A stretch of DNA of 64,000 bases from a virus (taxonomy: Duplodnaviria > Caudoviricetes): IMG/VR virus record IMGVR_UViG_3300033067_002132, positions 64,001 to 128,000 of that record. One strand, written 5' to 3'. The translations under genes and the position numbers were made by a program. Each line of letters begins with the position of its first letter. Position 1 is the stretch's first letter. Of this stretch, positions 49,818 through 60,444 are shown piece after piece. The notes under the pieces are model-generated. The model saw only the letters and a list, made by a program, of their open reading frames with translations. It was not told the origin of the DNA and ran no database searches.

Positions 49818-50828
49818 TTAAGCACCTTGGAGTCTAATCATATCATCTATACTTAAACTTCCGCCTTTTTTCTGAGCTTCTTTTATAATATTATTAGATA
49901 AATTAGCACCCGAACTATCCATACCCATAGCTTTTAGATCTTCTTTGGTTGCCCCCACCAAAGAAGACGCCACAAAATCTTTATCTTTTTTATTAGTTTT
50001 AGATAATAAATCTTCTGCTTGTTGACTTGAATCATACCATTCTAATAGTTTTTCAGGATCTTGCATTAAATCATCTGGTACTTTATTTTTCGAATTAATT
50101 AAAATATTCTTAAAAGTTTTAGCATATTCAAAAACCTGTGTTTGATAAAAAGTGAGATGAATTACCGCTTTTCCATAAAAAGTATATGGATTATCATCTG
50201 CTATTATAAAAAGATTCATATACGCGGGCGAGAGAGCAACACATTTTAAATTTTTAACAGAAAAATTTTCTATATATTTTTCATGCTCATTATATAATTT
50301 ATTTAATTGTTCGTCTTCTAATTCATCGTATTCTTCTTCATTATATAAAGAATTTATTAAATTAATATCTTTATATAACATATGTTTCATATAATGTTCA
50401 TTTATTTTTTTATTAGCATATGTTTCAGCGGTTAAACCGATTAAATCTGTTTTTTTACTATTTAAAATTTCGACATCATTAGTAACATCTTTAATTTGTT
50501 TATCTATAATATCTTTTTCTCTTTTTTTAAATATTTTTGAACGAGTAGTTTTTAATCTTATTAATAAATCGTTTGATTCGGATAATTTTTTTTCTTCATC
50601 TTTTGTCCATTGATTATTTTCTATTAAAAGTTTTTCTTTTGTTTCTTTGTTAGGTAATCCTTTACTAATAGCTTTTTCTAAATTTAATGTATATATTTCA
50701 TCTATAAAAGCCGAATCAAAAGGTCCAAAATGTTTGAAATATAAAATGCCAAAATCAGAAGACACAATTTTAGTGTATCCTCTGATTATATCAGCAAACA
50801 AATTTTTAATTTTTGAATTAGTCGTCAA
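49818..50828 (-). CDS. Tail assembly chaperone-like protein
   Basis: Position directly before the TMP. Confidence 0.55.
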   Translation of the reverse strand: MTTNSKIKNLFADIIRGYTKIVSSDFGILYFKHFGPFDSAFIDEIYTLNLEKAISKGLPNKETKEKLLIENNQWTKDEEKKLSESNDLLIRLKTTRSKIFKKREKDIIDKQIKDVTNDVEILNSKKTDLIGLTAETYANKKINEHYMKHMLYKDINLINSLYNEEEYDELEDEQLNKLYNEHEKYIENFSVKNLKCVALSPAYMNLFIIADDNPYTFYGKAVIHLTFYQTQVFEYAKTFKNILINSKNKVPDDLMQDPEKLLEWYDSSQQAEDLLSKTNKKDKDFVASSLVGATKEDLKAMGMDSSGANLSNNIIKEAQKKGGSLSIDDMIRLQGA

Positions 50829-51558
50829 GATCGTTAGAAATGTTATCTATATTTTTAAAATCTTCTTCTGTAACAGCACGTCCCGTATACCAAAAACTAA
50901 CTAAAAAGAATAATTTTTTAATAACTAATTTAGTAAAATTATCATCAGATTCATCTAATTCATCATATTTTTTAATTTTATCTTCAAATGTTCCTTCACC
51001 AAAAAATAGAGATTCACTATTATCTGGATTAATTTTATATGAAAGATTTAATATATACCAAAGAATAGTTTTATTTCTTGCTATATTTTCGGCGGTTTGA
51101 CTAAATAAAGATTCTTGTTGTAATTCAAATTTTTGTAATTCATTTCTTATATCACCTAATTCATTTAAAATTGCGATTGCGCGTTCTTCTTGTTCTTTAT
51201 TTCTTTCTTTTTGCGCAAGTAATTGAAATTCTATTTGTAATTTATTAGAATCTTGTCTAAACTTTTCTAATTTTTCTTTTTCAGGTTTGCTTAAAATGCC
51301 CCCGTCATCAAGAAATCTTTTATATAATTGAGAAGATGTTAATAATCCTGCTTTAATACCATTCGCTACATTAACTGCGTGAAATAATTCCGCGTCATCT
51401 ATTAATGATCTATTTGGTTTTCTAATAAAAAAAGAAACAGGAACTTGAATTGTCGTCGGTTTTTCTATTTTAACCGTTTCGCCTTTTTCATTTTTTGATT
51501 CTTCTATTTCTATTTTTGTTTCTTCTTTATTAACACTAAATTGATATATTTTTTTCAT
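50818..51558 (-). CDS. Tail assembly chaperone-like protein (start corrected)
   Basis: Between tail tube and TMP; acidic and helical. Confidence 0.55.
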   Translation of the reverse strand: MKKIYQFSVNKEETKIEIEESKNEKGETVKIEKPTTIQVPVSFFIRKPNRSLIDDAELFHAVNVANGIKAGLLTSSQLYKRFLDDGGILSKPEKEKLEKFRQDSNKLQIEFQLLAQKERNKEQEERAIAILNELGDIRNELQKFELQQESLFSQTAENIARNKTILWYILNLSYKINPDNSESLFFGEGTFEDKIKKYDELDESDDNFTKLVIKKLFFLVSFWYTGRAVTEEDFKNIDNISNDLDD

Positions 51559-51565
51559 TTTATTC

Positions 51566-51805
51566 TTAATCCTTTTTATTATCAATTAATTTGATAAAAT
51601 TATCTAAAGTTTCTTCTAATTCTCTAATAGAATCATTTCCATTATCTAAGATTCTTTTTCTAATTATTTGATAATCTAAATCATTAATTTGACCTTTAAT
51701 TTTTAAATCTTCCGCAGAAGATAAAAAATTTTTATATAAATTTGTGATAGATCGACGAAATTGAAACTTTAAAAGTTCCATTAAAGATGCGTTATTAATC
51801 TCCAT
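51566..51805 (-). CDS. Small hypothetical protein
   Basis: ORF track; GTGTAA promoter at 51835. Confidence 0.7.
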   Translation of the reverse strand: MEINNASLMELLKFQFRRSITNLYKNFLSSAEDLKIKGQINDLDYQIIRKRILDNGNDSIRELEETLDNFIKLIDNKKD

Positions 51806-51860
51806 GCCAGGAATTTCCTTTTACCTATTAGTCATTACACCAAAAATCTATATAGAGAAT

Positions 51861-51887
51861 AAAAAACCCGTCTATAAAGACGGGTTT
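51861..51887 (-). terminator. Terminator after the major tail gene
   Basis: AAACCCGTCT/AGACGGGTTT hairpin plus U-run on the - strand. Confidence 0.8.
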
Positions 51888-51914
51888 CGTATTGTTCTTT
51901 TTTATTAGGGGATA

Positions 51915-53072
51915 TTAATAAGCAATACCTGACATGAATAAACCTTGTCCAGTCGCTTGAGGTCCACCTAATTGTGTAGAGAATTGAAGAGTAACGCTCT
52001 TATTAGGTCCAATAGAAGAACTATTTTCCATAGAATCTAATTTAGCATTTCTTAATTGATAGTAAGCAGCTACAGTAGATGATCCGGGTTTAGTAATACT
52101 AATAGAAGGACTATAATTTGTAGTAGCATCATTATTAATAACATCTACTAAGTTACCTGAAGCAAGATCTCCTACGTCAGCAGTAACAGAAAGACTTACT
52201 GTAACAGGAAAACTAATTTCGCGAGAAAAGGCGTATTTAGAACCTAATTTTTGTAATGGCTCACGAGAAAGATCAAAGCTTAATGAATAACTTTGGATCT
52301 TAATATCAGAGAATTTAGGACCAAGACCTTCTGTTCCAAGTGTTAATGTAATATCGCCAGGGCGTAATGCACTAATAGAATAATCTGTAGTATTAATTGT
52401 AGAATTATCATGATTAGTACGTCCAGTAGGTAAACTATATAACCATCCGGTTAAAGCAGTTCCATCTGTAGGATTAACAGCAGGAACGGTTTGACCCGAT
52501 GCTGTAATATCAACTTTCATGTTTAATGCTTCAACATTAACGGTCGCAGTAGGAAAGTTTCCAACAGATCCTTCTGTAGTATAAGAACTAATAAATCCGT
52601 TTCCAATTCCGAAAACAGCTACACTTCCGGGAACAGGCCAAATATTGTATCCAGCCGCATCATTACCTTCAGGTACAGTTAAAATAAAATAATTACGTTC
52701 ATCGTTTGTTTTATTTAAAATACCAGAAATAGCAGAAATTAATCCACCCGCACCACTACTAATAGTAAATCCTAGAATTTTTTCATTAGTCATACCTTGT
52801 AAAATATAACTAAAATCCAAAGAAACCGTAGGTTGTTCTAGAATAATACGATCAATCGCCGCTAATTGATTGAATTGGTTAAGATCGGTACGACTAATAT
52901 TATAACTATAATTAGCACTTTGTACACGTAATAATTCTTTTACTAAATTTGTTCCTGTTATTTGATTAGGTCCACCATATAAACCCGTAAGAGTATCAAA
53001 ATGTTTTCCGGTAGCGGGTGATGGTCCGGCATAAACTGATTCGCATTGGTAAATTGTACGATTTCTTGGCAT
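51915..53072 (-). CDS. Major tail tube protein
   Basis: Beta-rich; RVQSANYSY..QPTVSLDFSY; synteny; followed by a terminator. Confidence 0.8.
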   Translation of the reverse strand: MPRNRTIYQCESVYAGPSPATGKHFDTLTGLYGGPNQITGTNLVKELLRVQSANYSYNISRTDLNQFNQLAAIDRIILEQPTVSLDFSYILQGMTNEKILGFTISSGAGGLISAISGILNKTNDERNYFILTVPEGNDAAGYNIWPVPGSVAVFGIGNGFISSYTTEGSVGNFPTATVNVEALNMKVDITASGQTVPAVNPTDGTALTGWLYSLPTGRTNHDNSTINTTDYSISALRPGDITLTLGTEGLGPKFSDIKIQSYSLSFDLSREPLQKLGSKYAFSREISFPVTVSLSVTADVGDLASGNLVDVINNDATTNYSPSISITKPGSSTVAAYYQLRNAKLDSMENSSSIGPNKSVTLQFSTQLGGPQATGQGLFMSGIAY

Positions 53073-53137
53073 ATATATCCTTTATTTCTAAATCTAATAA
53101 TAATTACATTATACTAAGACTAAAGAGAATAAAAATA

Positions 53138-53995
53138 TTATAATCTAGGATATCTGTATGTCTCTATTTCTAAATCAATAATTGACCAATAAATTTGTGG
53201 ATTAATTCTACGAATATCTACATAACTTTGATTATATTTACTAATATAAACTTCTTTAATAAAAGCTGTATTACCATTTAAAATAATTGGCGCAACTAAA
53301 TCATTATAATTAAATGATCCAGTTCTTAAATCTCCAAAAATATTAAAAGGCATATTATTTTCATTTAAAAGAGGAATTAATCTATTATTTTGGTCTTTAA
53401 TTATAGAATTTATAGCATCTAAAGAATATTGACTATCTGTTAAGGTTAATATACGTATTGTAGAATGAGTTATATCCATACCGCCAAAAGAAAGTGGTTC
53501 ATTAAATCCCCCGTTACTTTTAATAAATAAAACGGGATAATTAGAAGTGCTTACATTTAATCCTGTAGCCTCTAATGTTGTTTTTGGTCTTAATGAATAT
53601 GCTGTTTCTAATAGAATTACTTCTTCTGGATCACTAGTTAATTTTAAATTAGCAAATTTTACCCCAAAATATCCTGTAATTATAGCGTTCGAAATTCCTG
53701 TTGTATATACTCTTCCATGATTATAATCTATTTGATATAATCCATTTTGTCCAGTTTGACTAAAATTACCATTAATATATACGCCACCAGGAATATTAAC
53801 GCCTGAAATAGAAGAATCGGCTATTAATTGACCAAATGGAGACGCATAACAATTAGTATTTGCAAAAGGACTAGAAATTTTGTAAAAATTAACGGCTACA
53901 TTATTAAAAGCTTCTCCTTTTGATAGAATAGTATGATCAAGCCATAATAACGTACTTGACATTAGAATATTTTCATGTTGTACTTTTGGGATCAT
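53138..53995 (-). CDS. Putative tail terminator
   Basis: Synteny before the tail tube; YPVLFI motif. Confidence 0.55.
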   Translation of the reverse strand: MIPKVQHENILMSSTLLWLDHTILSKGEAFNNVAVNFYKISSPFANTNCYASPFGQLIADSSISGVNIPGGVYINGNFSQTGQNGLYQIDYNHGRVYTTGISNAIITGYFGVKFANLKLTSDPEEVILLETAYSLRPKTTLEATGLNVSTSNYPVLFIKSNGGFNEPLSFGGMDITHSTIRILTLTDSQYSLDAINSIIKDQNNRLIPLLNENNMPFNIFGDLRTGSFNYNDLVAPIILNGNTAFIKEVYISKYNQSYVDIRRINPQIYWSIIDLEIETYRYPRL

Positions 53996-53996
53996 A

Positions 53997-54602
53997 TTAT
54001 ATACCGATCACTTTTTTATTAAAATTCTGTATAATAGGTGTTAAATATAAAGCTCTATTTAAAGATTTATTAACTTTATTTTTAATTTGTAAACCGTGTC
54101 CTGATCTACTCTCATCTGTTTCTTTAAATAGATAATGTGAAATACCAGAAATAGATTTTTCTATTCTAATTGCCCAACTTCCATTAGACCAAGATGGCAT
54201 AGGCGTTATTCTTTCTATTTCTTTTAAAGACGGTAATAATGTTTTAAATTCGTATCTAATTTTTAATTTTCCTGCATATTTAGCTTTTTGAATATAAATT
54301 ATAGTTGTTTCTTCTAATAAATCTCTAATAGGATCAGTAGGATCTAAACCCGCTTCAAAACCTATAAAACTAAATAAATTTCCATTTCCTTCTATTATTC
54401 CAGATGTATTTTGAGCATCTGGACCATTATCTATTTCTATTGTTATAGGATGATTTTCGAATTCTTGAATCATTTCCTCTTTTATAATTTTAAATTTATC
54501 GGCGACCAAATTATATGCATGTAAACTAATATCTTTATCTTCGCGAATAAATTGATTAATTTGATCACGAAACAAAGAAACATTTATATATCCTCTAGCC
54601 AT
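53997..54602 (-). CDS. Putative neck/tail-completion protein
   Basis: Synteny; HPITIEI..GNLFSFIGF. Confidence 0.5.
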   Translation of the reverse strand: MARGYINVSLFRDQINQFIREDKDISLHAYNLVADKFKIIKEEMIQEFENHPITIEIDNGPDAQNTSGIIEGNGNLFSFIGFEAGLDPTDPIRDLLEETTIIYIQKAKYAGKLKIRYEFKTLLPSLKEIERITPMPSWSNGSWAIRIEKSISGISHYLFKETDESRSGHGLQIKNKVNKSLNRALYLTPIIQNFNKKVIGI

Positions 54603-55046
54603 TTAATTTGTTGCCTCTAGATGATAAATATAAAAAATTAATCCTAAGTAATTTTGTGGATATTTTTCATTAGAAAAATTAAAACTCATTCCATCTATTA
54701 CTACTCTTTCATTTGGTCCATTTTCTATAAAATTTTTTGCATCTTCTCTTACTTTAACTCTTGCTTTTCCTTGTCCAATTAATGTGACTTTTGCTTCATC
54801 TAAAAAAATAATTGGTTGATCATTTTTTATCATTCTTATTGCAGGATATATTCCTGAATTAATAGTATATGTAATATTTGGATATTGAGCGGAATCACCA
54901 TAACCTACTAAATTTGACTCATTTGGTGTAATAGGATCTATCTGAGGTTTTTTAAAAATAATAATATCTCTAGAGAATGTATCAAAATGATCATTTAAAG
55001 CGCCAGTTAAATATAATTTTGCATCGGAATCAATTAAATTAGCCAT
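54603..55046 (-). CDS. Putative head-closure protein (start corrected)
   Basis: Synteny; HFDTFSRDI. Confidence 0.5.
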   Translation of the reverse strand: MANLIDSDAKLYLTGALNDHFDTFSRDIIIFKKPQIDPITPNESNLVGYGDSAQYPNITYTINSGIYPAIRMIKNDQPIIFLDEAKVTLIGQGKARVKVREDAKNFIENGPNERVVIDGMSFNFSNEKYPQNYLGLIFYIYHLEATN

Positions 55047-55527
55047 AATAATTTCTTCCATTATTTGTAGAAGATATAAATAATGTTTGTTCTTCGGTAT
55101 CATCTCCTACAGTTTGTTTAGGAATAATATTTCCTGGACTCTTATATGCATTAATTAATGTTTTTAAATCTAATGCTCTTTGTTTTTTTAATTGAATAAA
55201 TGTTTGCGCCGCTTGATTATTACTTATTTTTCTTACAGTAGCACCATCGGAAGTTACTTCTACAATTGCATCAAAAGCACCCGCTCCATAATTTTTCTTA
55301 ATTATAAATTCGTAATAAAAAACTTCATATAATAATTTATATATTGATTTTTCTTTTTCTCCTAATTCGGGAGATATTTCATAATTTATAATTTCATAAT
55401 CTAAACCCAATAAAGTATTAATATCTCCAATATGTTCTCTTAGCCAAAAACCTATACTTCCACGAGAAATAGAGTCAGGAGACCCTAAATCTCGATGAAT
55501 TTCTTCGGCTATTTCTATAATTTTCAT
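55039..55527 (-). CDS. Putative head-tail adaptor
   Basis: Synteny and size. Confidence 0.5.
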   Translation of the reverse strand: MKIIEIAEEIHRDLGSPDSISRGSIGFWLREHIGDINTLLGLDYEIINYEISPELGEKEKSIYKLLYEVFYYEFIIKKNYGAGAFDAIVEVTSDGATVRKISNNQAAQTFIQLKKQRALDLKTLINAYKSPGNIIPKQTVGDDTEEQTLFISSTNNGRNYYG

Positions 55528-55549
55528 TATAGATAATTACACTAGAGGA

Positions 55550-55897
55550 TTATCTTCCTTCAGACAATATCTTTAATATTTTTTCGTTAGGAAGTTTACT
55601 ATCTTTTACTTTAGGAATAGATGGTTTAGTAAACTGTGCTAAATGTTTACGAAAACGATTTAAAAGAATATTTTCTAATCTTTCTCTATTATCTATAGGC
55701 ATAATACCTAATTCACTTGCGTGAGATTGTAAATCCGTTTTATTAAATGCTTTTAATGTTTTAAAATAATCATTTTCATTAGAAGTTTCATATACTCCAT
55801 TACCCCTATCTCCCCAAATTTGATCTAATGTTGTTGGTTCAAAAGTTTCTTCTTGTCTTCCATTCACCTGTTTTAATTTTTTAATTTTTTTTGCCAT
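55550..55897 (-). CDS. Hypothetical protein (start corrected)
   Basis: GTGTAA at 55919-55924 places the start at ATG 55897. Confidence 0.65.
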   Translation of the reverse strand: MAKKIKKLKQVNGRQEETFEPTTLDQIWGDRGNGVYETSNENDYFKTLKAFNKTDLQSHASELGIMPIDNRERLENILLNRFRKHLAQFTKPSIPKVKDSKLPNEKILKILSEGR

Positions 55898-55948
55898 ATA
55901 CCTTTTCTCCAAAGGTTGTTACACGTATATGACATAGATAGAGAATAA

Positions 55949-56275
55949 TTAATCGGGTAAATCTTCTATAATTTCAAACGTAATATATGAATCATTTGGT
56001 ACACTTAATTGTTTCCCATCAGAAAAAGTAATTCTCCATTCACCCCAATAAACACCGGCACTAGAAACGTCTCCGCTTGTCCAAGGATATTGAACTATTC
56101 CACTTGTCGCGCTTACAATAGTTCCAGTTCGTAAATTAACCGCACCTGTAGGTTTATATTTATAAACGAATTCTACTTCTGCTCCAGATAAATCAATCGG
56201 ACCATTACTATCTTCTAATTCGCATTGTAAAATAGGAAGCCTATTGGTTTTTTTAATAAAAAATTCTGCGCTCAT
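55949..56275 (-). CDS. BppU N-terminal-like Ig domain protein
   Basis: P.L...L.D.NGPIDLSGA.V.F...GIVQYPW..GD...G.Y.GEW.ITF.DG...VP. Confidence 0.75.
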   Translation of the reverse strand: MSAEFFIKKTNRLPILQCELEDSNGPIDLSGAEVEFVYKYKPTGAVNLRTGTIVSATSGIVQYPWTSGDVSSAGVYWGEWRITFSDGKQLSVPNDSYITFEIIEDLPD

Positions 56276-56281
56276 TATATA

Positions 56282-57724
56282 TCAAATTACACTGGTTTTT
56301 ATTAATTTTATTTTTACTTTTGTAATATTAGGAAGAATAGTAGTATTATAATTTTTCTTAAATTTAATAATAATAGGATTAATAATCTCATTTTGAGTAA
56401 AAATATATGCTTTTCCAAAAATATATTTATTAGTAGAATTATAAATATTAGATTTTCCTTCTATTGTATAAAAAGAAGATTTTACTATAAAACTCTTACC
56501 TAAAAGAAGATTATTATTAGTAATTTGTATTCTAGAAATCGCGTTTTGATTATAATTATTTTGTATTTGTAATCGAGATCTTCCTAAAATAATCTGATTA
56601 TTAGTATTTAATGCGGAAATTTGTGCTTTTCCTAATTGTATATTATTATTTAATTGTTGTATTCTAGATTTTCCTGAAATTAAAATATCAATATTTGCAC
56701 CGATTTTTGCTAAACCAGAAATAGTATTAGATATAACAGTATTAATTCTAGATTTACCTAAAATAATATTATTATTAATTATCTGGATTCTAGATTTTCC
56801 TAATTGATTATTTATATTAGAAATTTGAATTCTACTAATAGATAATTGTAAATTACTTGATATTTTTTGGATTCTAGAAAGACCTATAATAATTCTTGAT
56901 ACGTAATTTTTAATATTAGAAACACCGATTTGTATATTAATTTTAAAATTACCTACGAGAGCACGTCCTGTTTGGATTTGATTTATACTATTTTTTAAAT
57001 TAGATTTAGCTAATTGTATATTAGTATTACGAATTTGTATTCTACTTAATCCTAAACTTATGTTAGAATTTATTTTTTGGACTCTTGAAAGACCTAAAAT
57101 AATATTACTATTTATTTTTTGAATTCTACTTTTTCCTAATTGATTATTAGATAATATATTTTGTATTCTTAATTTACCTAATTGTATATTAGAAGAAATT
57201 ATTTGTAATCTAGATTTGCCTAAAATAACATTAGAAGAAACTGTTTGAAGTCGTGATTTTCCTAAAATAATATTAGAAGAAAAAGATTGGATTCTAGATT
57301 TTCCTATTTGAATATTTGAAGAAATAACCTGTATTCTTGATTTTCCTAATTGAATTATATTACTAATAATTTTAATTCTACTTAATCCAGATTGAATATT
57401 AGAATTAATTTTTTGGATACGACTTAATCCAGAAATATTATTACTAGAATTTATTTGTATTCTAGATTTACCTAAAATTATATTATTTATAACTATCTGG
57501 ATTCTAGATTTTCCCGATTGTAAATAATTAGAAGTATTTTGTATTCTTGCTTTCGCATTTTGTAAAGAAGAAGAAATAATTTGAATTCTAGATAATCCTA
57601 TCTGAATTTTATTATTAATTGTACTAACGTTAATGTTAGATTTTCCTGTTTGTATTTGTGAAACAACAGAATTAGCCGATGGAAGTTCCATTTCGGCCCA
57701 AGAAATATTAACATTAATTGCCAT
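56282..57724 (-). CDS. 14-aa tandem repeat fibre protein
   Basis: More than 25 copies of xLG[KL]SRIQxxxxNI. Confidence 0.8.
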   Translation of the reverse strand: MAINVNISWAEMELPSANSVVSQIQTGKSNINVSTINNKIQIGLSRIQIISSSLQNAKARIQNTSNYLQSGKSRIQIVINNIILGKSRIQINSSNNISGLSRIQKINSNIQSGLSRIKIISNIIQLGKSRIQVISSNIQIGKSRIQSFSSNIILGKSRLQTVSSNVILGKSRLQIISSNIQLGKLRIQNILSNNQLGKSRIQKINSNIILGLSRVQKINSNISLGLSRIQIRNTNIQLAKSNLKNSINQIQTGRALVGNFKINIQIGVSNIKNYVSRIIIGLSRIQKISSNLQLSISRIQISNINNQLGKSRIQIINNNIILGKSRINTVISNTISGLAKIGANIDILISGKSRIQQLNNNIQLGKAQISALNTNNQIILGRSRLQIQNNYNQNAISRIQITNNNLLLGKSFIVKSSFYTIEGKSNIYNSTNKYIFGKAYIFTQNEIINPIIIKFKKNYNTTILPNITKVKIKLIKTSVI

Positions 57725-57769
57725 AGTATTGAATTACTTTATAAAATAGTATTGTATTACTATTATTTA

Positions 57770-60430
57770 TTACACTCTATTTGCAATAAATTTTAATCTT
57801 AAATCAGTATAATCAGTAATCGTTGCTGCTTGTCCAGTTGTTAATATAAAAGATCCAATAGACCAAGAAGTATCTATTCCATTATGAATATTACTTGCTA
57901 TTAGTCCAGTTCCTTGATATAAACTAACAGTTAAATCTACTGTTTCAGGTACATTTGATTTTTGATATCTATATCTTATTTTATGATTATCATAAGATTG
58001 AGGATGTCCAGTAGGGGTTAATTTTATTTCACAAGTATCACTAGAAGGATTATCACTAGAATTAATATATGTAGAATCATCTGGAGAAATTTCATTTATT
58101 TTACTATATAAAGGAGAAATTCCCCATAATCCGGTAGAAATATCAGAATATGGACGAAGAACTACGTTTTGTATATTTAATTTTCCACTTATCGTTGTAA
58201 CAACTACGCTATTATATGATGCGCTATACATACCCGCCGCATCTGATGTAGAGGTTCTAGAAAATAATTCTATATCTACAGGTAATAATTGTTTTTTAAT
58301 AATATTTATAGCGGGCGAATCAGAATTTAATTTATAATTTCCTGTTCCTGATTGCATAATTTGACCAACCATTGAACCATCATCATAAAATTTAAAATAT
58401 CCTGTATCTGCTACATTTGTATTCATGATACTATGTAATCCAGGAAATATTAATGGAAAATTAGTTGCCGATCCTACACCTGAAATTTCTGCAAAAATAT
58501 TTCCTTCCCATCCAACACCGTGCATACATGTCCAATTTCCTGTTCTATTTCCATTCGCAGTTCCAAAAGTATCTGTTTTAATATTTAAATTAGAAAATAG
58601 ATTATTTTTTACTGATATATGATCTTTATAAACAGGTAATGTTCCCTGATCATTATAAAACATATTATTTTTACCTAGAAAATTATTATTCCAAAGTAAA
58701 GCATTATATGCTCTACCTGAATCTGATGCACTAGAAAAAATAGAAAGTGCTGTTAAATTACTAGGATTTATATTTTCATATAAATTAGAAATAATAGCCA
58801 TTCCTGAAATACCTGTTGTTAAATTATTAGCATTATATGTACTTACAAAATCCCAAGTATTACTATTTGATAAACTAGATCTATAATGTTTATTAAAAGC
58901 AAAAATCGGTATTACAGAAAATGGCGCGGTTTGTCCTGCTATATTATTTGTAATAGTAGTTCCTGTATAATAAATAGTATTTCCTATAAAATTATAAACA
59001 TAAATAATGCCACTTAAATCATTAATAATATTATTTCTAACAATTAAAGGAGAAGTAGCATTTACAGAAAAAGATCTAATTCCTTGTCTTAATAATCCTA
59101 TATTATTATTAGTTAAAAAAAGATTAGTTGTTCCACCTATAGTAGAAGTTCCTGTAACATAAAAATAACAATTATTAAACCATAAAGCGGTAATATTACT
59201 AAACCAAATATTAACCGATCCAACAGAACCACTAATAGAAACATCTTCTATTTTAATCCTATCAGTAATATCATTATTACCAGCACTATTAGTTATTCTT
59301 ACTGTATTTTTATTTTCTCCAGAAAAGGGTTTAATAGTAATATATGTATTAGGTGTTGTACCATATGTAGATGAAGCACCTACAAAGGAATGATCTCCAC
59401 TTTTTAAGTAAATTATTCCTGCACCCACATCGCCTCTAGCTCTATTCGTATTATTATAATTGAATATTGCTCTTGCGCCGGAACATATCGTTAAATATGC
59501 TCTTGGTGGATTTAATGGATTAAAACCTGTAATATCTATTGCTTGTCCTGTAACAAATCCATTAGTAGGATCTACAATTGCTATTGTTGTACCATAAGTT
59601 CCACTAAAATCATTAACATATATAATTGTACTAGGTACTGCATGAGGATAGGGTGTTCCTATGTTTTTTGAAGTATCTATAATAGAAGTTAAATCTCCAA
59701 CCCAAGGATAAGCTACAAAATTTCCACTAATTATAGATCCTTGTACTAAATTACCACTAGCTGTAAAAGTATGAATATACTCGGGAATTGTCGTATAAAA
59801 ATCTATATTATCTGTAGTTAATTGTGTTTGAATTCCAGATAAATAATTTCCACTCGTATCGTTTACAGTAAATTTTACTGCTTTTACTGGTCTTCCTGAT
59901 TCACCAAAATGTTGATAAGCTAAACAACGAATTTTAAATGTATTTCCTGTAATTAATTCATATCCTGGCCAACTCCAATTTGCTATAACAGATGGATATT
60001 GAAGAATAGAATTATTCGTAACAGAAATTCCTGTAATTTGATTGTTAGGAGTCGAAGAATAAGTATATAGACCACCTGAAATATCTGCTTTTATATTTAT
60101 ATCTTTTTGATAAATATAATCACTTAAAGATAAAGTACAATAAACATTAATACCCGAAATAAATTCTTGTTTTAAATTATTATTTGGATAAGGTTGTCTT
60201 ACACCTGTTGTTCCATAAACATATCTTGTTACTTGTATAGGATTCGTATTATCATCAAAACCAGAAGAAGTAATCGTGAATTTTAATTTAGGTAAAGCGG
60301 TTCCTGTTATACTATTATTAGATCCAAAACCCATTGCATAAGATCCGCCAGAAGCAAGGCCAGAAATTCCGATAGTTGTTGTCCATCCAGACCCATCTAT
60401 ACTAACGCTTAATATATCTCCTATTGCCAT
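57770..60430 (-). CDS. Large virion surface protein (beta-helix plus C-terminal beta-sandwich)
   Basis: IYLKSGDH, NN ladders, YKLNSDSPAI; late promoter. Confidence 0.65.
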   Translation of the reverse strand: MAIGDILSVSIDGSGWTTTIGISGLASGGSYAMGFGSNNSITGTALPKLKFTITSSGFDDNTNPIQVTRYVYGTTGVRQPYPNNNLKQEFISGINVYCTLSLSDYIYQKDINIKADISGGLYTYSSTPNNQITGISVTNNSILQYPSVIANWSWPGYELITGNTFKIRCLAYQHFGESGRPVKAVKFTVNDTSGNYLSGIQTQLTTDNIDFYTTIPEYIHTFTASGNLVQGSIISGNFVAYPWVGDLTSIIDTSKNIGTPYPHAVPSTIIYVNDFSGTYGTTIAIVDPTNGFVTGQAIDITGFNPLNPPRAYLTICSGARAIFNYNNTNRARGDVGAGIIYLKSGDHSFVGASSTYGTTPNTYITIKPFSGENKNTVRITNSAGNNDITDRIKIEDVSISGSVGSVNIWFSNITALWFNNCYFYVTGTSTIGGTTNLFLTNNNIGLLRQGIRSFSVNATSPLIVRNNIINDLSGIIYVYNFIGNTIYYTGTTITNNIAGQTAPFSVIPIFAFNKHYRSSLSNSNTWDFVSTYNANNLTTGISGMAIISNLYENINPSNLTALSIFSSASDSGRAYNALLWNNNFLGKNNMFYNDQGTLPVYKDHISVKNNLFSNLNIKTDTFGTANGNRTGNWTCMHGVGWEGNIFAEISGVGSATNFPLIFPGLHSIMNTNVADTGYFKFYDDGSMVGQIMQSGTGNYKLNSDSPAINIIKKQLLPVDIELFSRTSTSDAAGMYSASYNSVVVTTISGKLNIQNVVLRPYSDISTGLWGISPLYSKINEISPDDSTYINSSDNPSSDTCEIKLTPTGHPQSYDNHKIRYRYQKSNVPETVDLTVSLYQGTGLIASNIHNGIDTSWSIGSFILTTGQAATITDYTDLRLKFIANRV

Positions 60431-60444
60431 TTTATTAGATTACA

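Noticed and set aside
50810-50860. Programmed -1 frameshift between the tail chaperones
   Set aside because: The downstream ORF is in the +1 frame, is closed by a TAG six codons before its TTG, and has no slippery heptamer in the overlap. Coupled TTG initiation is simpler.
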